Source: an uncultured Eubacteriales bacterium (GTDB lineage: Bacteria > Acidobacteriota > Aminicenantia > Aminicenantales > Aminicenantaceae). From it: a stretch of 64,000 nt of DNA. Every line of letters starts with the position of its first letter. Position 1 is the stretch's first letter. Shown in pieces: positions 56,615-64,000 of the stretch. A program made the position numbers and the translations under genes. Below the pieces are notes generated by a model. It was not told the origin of the DNA. It searched no databases and saw nothing but the letters and a program-made list of their open reading frames with translations. The stretch is from NCBI GenBank assembly GCA_964514305.1, contig CAZEQD010000004.1:20-64019 (forward strand), in the 5' to 3' direction.

Positions 56615-57553
56615 CTATAAAGGCAATAATTTCCTTATTATTTCTATTAAATTAGCACCTTCATATCCTTTAATAGGATCGGGAATGAAAGATAGAATAA
56701 AAATTAATAAAACTAAAAACCCGACAAATTTACGGCCAGGAGATAAAGAGCTTCCTTCATCTATTACTCTCGGATGTCTAAGGCCAAGAAGAAGAATAAT
56801 AAAAGCCCAGAGAAACCAACCTAACCAGAAAAAAATTCCCATTATAATGAATATTCCCAAAAATATTTTGGCCAAATTTTTGGATTTACCTCCAAAAAGA
56901 GCATAAGAAACATGACCTCCATCAAGTTGTCCAACAGGAAAAAGGTTCAGAGCCGTCACAAAAATACCTACCCAACCGGCAAAAGCCACCGGGTGTAAAA
57001 TTATATCATGGTTAGGCGGAATGTTTTCAAATATAATGCTTGCAGCCAGTTTCAACAGAAGGGGTTCCCCAAAAACAAGCGTCCCTTCTTGAGGGAGAGC
57101 AGGGACAACCTTAGAAAGGGAAAGGCCATAGACAAGAGCTGGAACAGCCAGGACAAATCCAGTCAAGGGGCCAGCTACTCCGATATCAAAAAGCTGCTTC
57201 TTTCGGGTAATAGGAGATTTTATTTTGATAAAAGCTCCTAGAGTGCCAATTAAAGTAGGAGCCGGGATAAAATAAGGCAAAGTGGATTCAATCTGGTAAT
57301 GTTGACAGGTCAGGAAGTGTCCTAATTCATGTCCTAATAAAATAATAATAAGGACTAGAGCATAGATAATGCTTAAGTAAATAACCTGAGGATCTTCGAA
57401 AATTTTTATTCCAAGATTAACCTCTTGGGGCTGACTGAGAACATCAGCGTATTTAAAGCTAAGACTCCAGCTTATGCCAACGACAAAAGTGGAAACCACG
57501 GTCACTGCAAACAAAACAATATTAATCCAGATTTTACCTCTTATATTTATCAT
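56615..57553 (-). CDS. M50 (site-2 protease-like) membrane metalloprotease
   Basis: Intramembrane 'HELGHFL' and 'FPVGQLDGGH'. Confidence 0.75.
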   Translation of the reverse strand: MINIRGKIWINIVLFAVTVVSTFVVGISWSLSFKYADVLSQPQEVNLGIKIFEDPQVIYLSIIYALVLIIILLGHELGHFLTCQHYQIESTLPYFIPAPTLIGTLGAFIKIKSPITRKKQLFDIGVAGPLTGFVLAVPALVYGLSLSKVVPALPQEGTLVFGEPLLLKLAASIIFENIPPNHDIILHPVAFAGWVGIFVTALNLFPVGQLDGGHVSYALFGGKSKNLAKIFLGIFIIMGIFFWLGWFLWAFIILLLGLRHPRVIDEGSSLSPGRKFVGFLVLLIFILSFIPDPIKGYEGANLIEIIRKLLPL

Positions 57554-57627
57554 CTAGCTTATAAAAAAATAGGAGTGATAAATATCACTCCTACTCTAAT
57601 TCTAATCAACTACAATAGGTAGAATAA

Positions 57628-57876
<249 letters not shown>

Positions 57877-57945
57877 CTATTTCCTCCTCAAAAAAAATTA
57901 ACAGACTATTATATATTTTTTATGAGAATTTACAAGCAAAACTAG

Positions 57946-58605
57946 TTATTTTTTTGCTTCCAATTTCTTGGCTTTTTGCGAGGCATCATAACCAAAGTAT
58001 GTCTGGGGAAATTCAGCTTGAAGTCTTCTATAAAGAGCCAGCGCTTGCTTAGAATCACCTTTCTTTTCAAGAACTTCTGCTTCATGGAAAAGGATGGCAT
58101 CCAGAGTATAGGCTTTTGGTTTCTCCTCTTCTAATTTTTTATATATTTTAAGAGCTCTATCGAAATCCTTTCGTTTTAAATAAAGCTGAGCCAATAGATC
58201 TTGAGACTGATAATAAAAAAGATCTTTCTTCTTGGCTGAAACTTGTTTCAAGAACTTTTCTGCTTTATCCAACTTCCCTTTTTCCAGCCAGTAATTACCC
58301 AATATGACAGAAGCCAGTCTTGCATACTGATCTTCACCTTTGGCTAATCTTTCCAGTTCAGTCAAATTCAGGGGATTAGACTCAAGTTCAGAGTAGAGTT
58401 TAACTACCTGGCCAATAAAACGGCTTTCCTTTTTTAGGTGTTGACTTTTTACCAATTTAGTGCCCACAAAAGCCAAGATTACCACTACGATGACCACCCC
58501 AGCTATAATTAATTCTCTTTCTCTTTTTTGGGCAAAGCGGATTAGTTTAGTGACCGTAGTGACTAATTCATCTTCTTTAAGTTGCTTTCTTTTTATTCTT
58601 CTCAT
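57946..58605 (-). CDS. Membrane-anchored TPR-repeat protein
   Basis: N-terminal TM; TPR-like repeats. Confidence 0.45.
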   Translation of the reverse strand: MRRIKRKQLKEDELVTTVTKLIRFAQKRERELIIAGVVIVVVILAFVGTKLVKSQHLKKESRFIGQVVKLYSELESNPLNLTELERLAKGEDQYARLASVILGNYWLEKGKLDKAEKFLKQVSAKKKDLFYYQSQDLLAQLYLKRKDFDRALKIYKKLEEEKPKAYTLDAILFHEAEVLEKKGDSKQALALYRRLQAEFPQTYFGYDASQKAKKLEAKK

Positions 58606-58834
58606 TTTTCTCTCTTTGCTTAAATAGTAATTATCTTTCTAAAGAGAGCCATGTCAGGATCCCACCTTTTTTAAGCTGCTACCGTGAATAATGTCTGATT
58701 AAAATCTCAGCTAACCGTTTTGAATATTTTATTTATCACAAAAAGAATAAAAATCCAACTATCTTTGCAGAAAATTTGAAATTTAGACTATTCCTTTTTA
58801 ATAATGAATCAATTTTATCTATCATTAACTGCAG

Positions 58835-59128
58835 CTAGCTTATAGTTATCAATCGTCCATGCTTATCTGTTTCTAGATTTAGGGCCTGTCGGCTGGAAAG
58901 AACCCAAGGCTTATCCCATTTTATAACTTTATTTCCATTCCAATAATAGGTGTCAAATGAAGAGGAAGCTTCATGCCAGATTAGAGCACAGTAATAGCGC
59001 TCATTTTTTCTAAGAGTTTTTCTTATATAGCGACGGGCCTTGCGGCGTGATCTAAAATTTTTGTAAAACTCCTGATGTTCAGGATAGTCTCCATAAAGAT
59101 AAACTTCCCAATCTTTGGCCCCGAACAT
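58835..59128 (-). CDS. Hypothetical protein
   Basis: 97-aa ORF rich in W/Y/K; no motif. Confidence 0.3.
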   Translation of the reverse strand: MFGAKDWEVYLYGDYPEHQEFYKNFRSRRKARRYIRKTLRKNERYYCALIWHEASSSFDTYYWNGNKVIKWDKPWVLSSRQALNLETDKHGRLITIS

Positions 59129-59243
59129 TTTTCCTTTTTTCTTATTATCAGGAATAACGCCTCATTCCAGACATTTCGTACATGAAAAGATTTGGCGAAG
59201 CGGTTATTCTTAAATAGATATTAATCTAATTTAAGCTTTCTTG

Positions 59244-59369
59244 TCAATCTATGCTAGGCTTTATGCTAGGATTATTTTCAATTAAACTAAAAATTGTATT
59301 TTTGGCCGCTTCTTCCCAGGAATTGGGGCTAGTGCCTATAAGTTCAATAACCTTATAAATGCTTTCCAT
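59244..59369 (-). pseudogene. Truncated dodecin-like ORF
   Basis: RBS 'aggaggg' + 'MESIYKVIELIGTSPNSWEEAAKNTI' matches the dodecin N-terminus (xVYKxIELVGTSxxSxExAxxNA). It diverges and stops after 41 aa, where full dodecin is ~68 aa. Confidence 0.35.
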
Positions 59370-59930
59370 GATTTCCCTCCTTTATTGAAACTTTTTTTGG
59401 CTACCTGAAAGACAGTTTAATAGACGTGAAGACTGTAAAACTTTAGGCTATCATTGTCAATATTAGTGAAAATATTGACTCATCGCCTAAAAATTTATAT
59501 TTCTAGTACAAATTATTTAAGGTGAAAGCAAGGGAGATCGACTGTCCGAATTGCCATTCGGAAAATAGTGACACTTCCGCTTTTGCAGCAATTACGGTAT
59601 TCCTCTTCCTACACAAGAAAAAATTTTCTGTAACTGAACCGCTCCAAATCCCCAGACGGTGCAAAAAAAATGTGGCCAAATATTTTCTTTCACTTTTAAA
59701 TGCTAAAAAGCAGGAGTCTAGGAAACATAATTCGTCAATAATAAAACAGTACTCACTAAAAGTAAAAAGTAAAAACAATTAATAGGGTTATTTTATTAGA
59801 ATTCAAGCATTATTTTCTCAACGCAGAATACGTCCCCTCAGCAAAGCAAGTTTTTTCACCATCATAATATCATTATCTAGATATCAGACTTTCCCTTCCC
59901 TTCCTAATAGAACCATCAAAATCAATCTAT

Positions 59931-60473
59931 TTATTCAATTGCTTGTAGTTTGGTCAACACTTGAGATAGTTGCTCATTTGCTTTTTCCAGCTCCTTTGCT
60001 GCGGCCAACGCCATATTGTAGACTGGATTCCTTTCTATGTTTTCAACCTTCTCGGACCATCTTATAAATTTCTCACTATGCTGTTTATTATGCCTAACCC
60101 AAGAGGTTAAAATTATTTTAAGCCGACCTCTCTCATCTGTGGAAAATTTGTTAATAATAGCTTCAACTGTCTTTCTAATGGTGTGTTCAGGCACAGCTCC
60201 AAGGATCTCATGTACTTTCTCACCTTCAAAAAAGAACATCTGCATGGGTATGCTCATGATCTGATATCTTGCGGCAGTCCGCTGGTTTTCATCCACATTA
60301 AGTTTGCAGAACTTAAACCTACCATCATATTCCTCTGAAAGCTTGTCATATATGGGTGAAACCATCCGGCACGGACCACACCACGGAGCCCAGAAATCAA
60401 CTTCAGTAGGTATATCTGATCTAAGGACCTCTTCTTCAAAATTTTGATCCGTAACTTCTACTACTTTGCTCAT
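59931..60473 (-). CDS. trxA: Thioredoxin with a ~70-aa C-terminal extension
   Basis: 'WAPWCGPCRM' active site. The extra helical tail is 'LEKANEQLSQVLTKLQAIE'. Confidence 0.8.
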   Translation of the reverse strand: MSKVVEVTDQNFEEEVLRSDIPTEVDFWAPWCGPCRMVSPIYDKLSEEYDGRFKFCKLNVDENQRTAARYQIMSIPMQMFFFEGEKVHEILGAVPEHTIRKTVEAIINKFSTDERGRLKIILTSWVRHNKQHSEKFIRWSEKVENIERNPVYNMALAAAKELEKANEQLSQVLTKLQAIE

Positions 60474-60785
60474 ATTGCCTCCTTTAAAATTAATTCTTGT
60501 CTTGGATAATAATCATCGCTGCCATCTAAAACCTCAACTTATTAAAAAAATATGCTTCTTTAAAATTAAGACTTAGCCTTAAAGCTAATTAAAAAACAAT
60601 TTCTAGTGTTCACTTTCCATTTATCCTGAAGTTTGAACTTATGTTTTCTTTATTGTCTCCTTATTTCATTACAAATTATTATTTAATCGCCAATGGTTCT
60701 CATACTAGGAATAACATTTGTCCATTAGTATTAGATAGAATCCTATCCAATTTGACCTTTCCCAACGTCTCCTCTTTTTAATAAA

Positions 60786-61727
60786 TCAAGAAATCGTGAT
60801 TCTAGCCCCATTTCTTTTTATTTGAAGATACTCAAAAGCAGACATAGCCGCAATAACACCATCACCCACTGCAGCAGCAATTTGGCGAGGTGAACTCCTT
60901 CGAACGTCACCAGCTGCAAAAATACCAGGCGCTGAAGTAGCCATCATCTCATCAGTAACTATATGGCCACTGTCGTCAACTTCCAAGATTTTAAAGAAAT
61001 GCTGGCTATTGGGCATGAGGCCAACGGCCACAAATGCACCATCTACCTTTAACTCGGATTGCTGCCCTGTTTTCACATTGATCAGTTCGAGCTTTTCCAG
61101 TATTTCTTCTCCCAAAAATTTAGAGACCACTGTATCCCAAATGAATGCTAACTTTGGATTGGCAAAGGCTCGTTCTTGAAGTACCTTTCCAGCTCGAAGT
61201 TGATCACGCCGATGTATTACATACACCTTATTCGCATACTGGCTCAGCTCAAGAGCATCAGTAATAGCCGTATCACCTCCTCCTATTACTGCTACATCCC
61301 GGTTACGGAAGAAAAAGCCGTCACAGGTTGCACAATAGGAAACACCATGACCTGAAAGTCTTTCTTCACCAGAAACTCCCAGTCGGCGATACTCCGAGCC
61401 AGTAGCTATAATTATAACCGGAGCTTCAAAACTACCTTTAGAAGTAGAGATTTTATAAAATTCCTTGCCAATGAGGTCTGTAACCTCAGCAGTTACGACA
61501 TCTAAATCGTAGGCAACAGCCTGTTGTTGCATAAGTGAACTCAGCTCAAAACCAGAGATGCCTTTAGGAAAACCAGGGTAATTCTCTATTAATCTAGCAT
61601 TCATCATCTGTCCACCTAATGCTCCTCGCTCCACCAGCAGACTTTTAAGGCCGGCTCTCGAAACATACAGTCCAGAGGTGAGGCCAGCAGGGCCCCCTCC
61701 AATAATAACTACATCATAACTAGCCAT
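60786..61727 (-). CDS. trxB: Thioredoxin-disulfide reductase
   Basis: 'IIGGGPAG', redox 'CATCDGFFF', 'GGGDTA' NADPH site. Confidence 0.9.
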   Translation of the reverse strand: MASYDVVIIGGGPAGLTSGLYVSRAGLKSLLVERGALGGQMMNARLIENYPGFPKGISGFELSSLMQQQAVAYDLDVVTAEVTDLIGKEFYKISTSKGSFEAPVIIIATGSEYRRLGVSGEERLSGHGVSYCATCDGFFFRNRDVAVIGGGDTAITDALELSQYANKVYVIHRRDQLRAGKVLQERAFANPKLAFIWDTVVSKFLGEEILEKLELINVKTGQQSELKVDGAFVAVGLMPNSQHFFKILEVDDSGHIVTDEMMATSAPGIFAAGDVRRSSPRQIAAAVGDGVIAAMSAFEYLQIKRNGARITIS

Positions 61728-61836
61728 TGGCTGTTCCTTTCATCATTGATCTGAACATAAATTCTTCTATTCTTCCTTCTCTATGGTCAATAAGGCTAAG
61801 CTTCCATAATAAATATTGCAAGCCTTTCCTAACCTA

Positions 61837-62109
61837 TTACCTAATCACAGCCAGAATATCACCTCTCGCTATGATTAAATATTTTTTCCCTTCAAACTCA
61901 ATCTCATCACCAGTAAATTTTGCGTAAACTATTGTATCACCTACTTTAATTTTATTAGCAAGCTCTTCATCAGTTCCAACTTCAATAACTTTGCCTCTTC
62001 TTGGCTTTTCTTTGGCAGTATCAGGAAGAATTATGCCGGATTTAGTTTTGGTTTCGGTAACCTCCTCCGGCTCAACTAAAACCCGATCCTCAAATGGCTT
62101 AATTTTCAT
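61837..62109 (-). CDS. groS: Co-chaperonin GroES
   Basis: 'IKPFEDRVLVEPEE...KSGIILPDTAKEKP..GKVIEVG'. Confidence 0.85.
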   Translation of the reverse strand: MKIKPFEDRVLVEPEEVTETKTKSGIILPDTAKEKPRRGKVIEVGTDEELANKIKVGDTIVYAKFTGDEIEFEGKKYLIIARGDILAVIR

Positions 62110-62125
62110 TTTTGAATCTCCTTTC

Positions 62126-62374
62126 TCATTTGATATTTAATAATTTATCAATTTTTGCTTTATTAAACCCTACAACAGGGCGATTATTAATTAAAACAAC
62201 AGGAACACCCATTATATTTCTCCGCTTAAGTTCCCGCACTCCCTCTGAGTCTCTTTCTACATTTACTTCCCTAAACCTGAATCTTTTCTCTCTTAAATAT
62301 TGTTTAACTCGGTTACACCAAGGGCATGAAGAAGATGTAAAAATTATAATTCTTGGCTGATTAGGTGCAGACAT
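62126..62374 (-). CDS. Glutaredoxin-like small redox protein
   Basis: 'IIIFTSSSCPWCNRVKQYL'. Confidence 0.7.
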   Translation of the reverse strand: MSAPNQPRIIIFTSSSCPWCNRVKQYLREKRFRFREVNVERDSEGVRELKRRNIMGVPVVLINNRPVVGFNKAKIDKLLNIK

Positions 62375-62631
62375 ATTTACCTCTTTATTCTCATTCCAGC
62401 TTCTTATTTATTCTATTTTCTACCTTCTCTTCAGCCAATAGGTTTCCTGCTAAACTTTTTAAAATAGTTCTCACTTCTGTTTTCAAGCTTCCGTTTTGAC
62501 TCTATTTTCATCTAACAAATTTTGTCCTTTACTTAATTTCTCAGCCAATCTACTAACGGTATTAATTGTTTTGCCACAATAAGTACAATTCTAAGGAGTA
62601 CAATAAATTTAAGATCTGGGTATACCTTTCA

Positions 62632-63156
62632 TCACCCAAGCTTTGCTTTATGAGAGACTTTAACACTCCTCCTGATATCCTCACATTTTTTCCCTGCTTT
62701 TTGTTCACATTTTTCACAGTATCCCTCAAGGTACAATTCTGCTCTGGTGACATTAAAGGCAAATTTTCGCTTTACATTGACCACTAGCTTGTCAATTATA
62801 GAACTCTTAAACTCTATAATCTGACCACAACCCAGGCATACCAGATGCTGATGATCCAGGGGCTGCTTTATCTCGAAACAACGGCGTCCTCCTCCCAAGT
62901 GTCTCTCATCAATTAAATCCAATTTTTTAAATAGATTAAGACTACGATATACTGTAGCTAAGCTGATAGATTCGTCTTTGTTATTAGCACGTCTATACAG
63001 CTCCTTCGCATCAAGATGCACATCTGACTGGCGTATTAATTCCAGCAGGACCAGTCTTTGATTAGTAAGAGGATGCCCCTGTAATTGTTCTAAATAATTG
63101 CAATTGATTCTCAATCTCATCTTTATACATTTTAGTTTTCTTTTTTCTTCTGTCAA
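62632..63156 (-). CDS. Fur-family metalloregulator (PerR-like by context)
   Basis: 'LTNQRLVLLELI' helix, 'DHQHL' metal site, two CxxC pairs ('CLGCG', 'CEKC'). The start may be the internal Met at 63120. Confidence 0.75.
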   Translation of the reverse strand: MTEEKRKLKCIKMRLRINCNYLEQLQGHPLTNQRLVLLELIRQSDVHLDAKELYRRANNKDESISLATVYRSLNLFKKLDLIDERHLGGGRRCFEIKQPLDHQHLVCLGCGQIIEFKSSIIDKLVVNVKRKFAFNVTRAELYLEGYCEKCEQKAGKKCEDIRRSVKVSHKAKLG

Positions 63157-63506
63157 GAAAAATCATTTAAACTTTTTTTATTATTTAGCTTAATTAACTT
63201 TTTATAAATTTCTTTTTTTATATCTTATCCTCTGCTTCTAGATTGAATAGAGCTACATGGAGAGAGAGACTTTGATTGAATTTATATCAAATATTTAATT
63301 TATATCAAATATTTTATTAAATTATATATTTAAGTAAAAAATAGATCACATCATAATCACTCCAATTAAGAAAAGAAAATATAGTTAACAAACTTTCTTC
63401 CTTTCGAGCTAGCAATAATTCTCAAGAATTGAAGATAATTTGCTATCAAAAATAACTTCGCAAAAAAGAAATGGCTAAAATATCCATTTAAACATATATA
63501 AGAAGT

Positions 63507-63581
63507 GCGCCTGACAGGACTCGAACCTGCGACACAGGGATTAGGAATCCCTTGCTCTATCCATACTGAGCTACAGGCGCA
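63507..63581 (-). tRNA. tRNA-Arg (anticodon CCU)
   Basis: A 75-nt cloverleaf: 7-bp acceptor GCGCCUG/CAGGCGC, D-arm GCUC-AGUAUGGAUA-GAGC, anticodon arm AGGGA-UUCCUAA-UCCCU, T-arm GCAGG-UUCGAGU-CCUGU, discriminator A. CCA is not encoded. Confidence 0.85.
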
Positions 63582-63730
63582 CCTTCTAAATTCTTAGCAT
63601 ATCCAGAGTAATTGATCTGGATAACCTCACACTTTTTATATTTTTTTAAGACTGAAGCGTCTATTAATTTACCAATTTATAGCCTTTTTTTCAATCAGAT
63701 GGTCCTGGCGATAAGCATGTCCCAAACTGT

Positions 63731-63890
63731 TATAGCTAATAATGAAGAAGATAATATTTATAGGCAACGATTTTATTCCATCCGAGCCTATATTGGTGGG
63801 ATGGGATTTGGCGAAGATGGAGGAAAATCGTTGCTAAATTTAATTTCTTTGGGAGGAATTTCACTTATCACGGTTTTTAGAATTCTTCCC
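63731..63890 (+). repeat. Family-A dispersed repeat, full copy A2
   Basis: Aligns with A1 across ~150 nt. Perfect 10-bp outer stem caacgatttt/aaaatcgttg and inner ccatcc/ggatgg. ORF 'MKKIIFIGNDFIPSEPILVGWDLAKMEENRC'. Confidence 0.6.
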
Positions 63891-64000
63891 TCCTGGCTTA
63901 ATCTTGGCTTCCTAACTTAAATCTACAAGAGCTTTCCTCTAAAGGAATACAAGTTGTGATTAAGTTTGTAGATTGAAGAGAATTTCAGCTTATCGCTTGA

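Noticed and set aside
59745-59800. Third copy of the family-B arm (actcactaaaagtaaaaagtaaaaacaattaataggg)
   Set aside because: The similarity rests on low-complexity A/T-rich strings (tttactttttac) and cannot be distinguished from chance without statistics.
63612-63920. 102-aa ORF at the window end
   Set aside because: It overlaps the family-A repeat copy in a different frame from the conserved 31-codon ORF, has no RBS and has odd composition. It is probably spurious.

Overview
This is an AT-rich (roughly 35-38% GC) bacterial chromosomal segment with dense coding on both strands. It carries LPS genes (kdtA, lpxB), Tat signal peptides, an archaeal-type ProRS and a four-subunit PFOR, which fits an anaerobic diderm from a poorly characterised lineage. 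Recognisable genes include rpsO-pnp, proS, pcm, fabH, thiC, an nfo-like endonuclease, an aldehyde dehydrogenase, porGDAB with a ferredoxin, queH-hypF, trxA/trxB/groES/grx/Fur, an ABC-2 exporter duplicated in tandem, and many secreted hydrolases (M1, M14, M23, M50, PAP2, and three tandem AlkP-superfamily phosphodiesterase paralogs after an HD-GYP gene). One tRNA-Arg(CCU) is present. No CRISPR array, IS element or phage block is evident. The most unusual items are: (1) a cofactor-independent phosphoglycerate mutase that appears circularly permuted; (2) a ~290-bp element with terminal inverted repeats and short iterated motifs directly after a small RHH gene, with a solo arm elsewhere; (3) a dispersed ~160-nt intergenic repeat family (four copies) with conserved nested stems and a conserved ~30-codon ORF; (4) several decayed gene remnants, including a 1-kb pseudogene hotspot; (5) GC-rich structured intergenic elements, one of them GGA-rich with a terminator-like tail.
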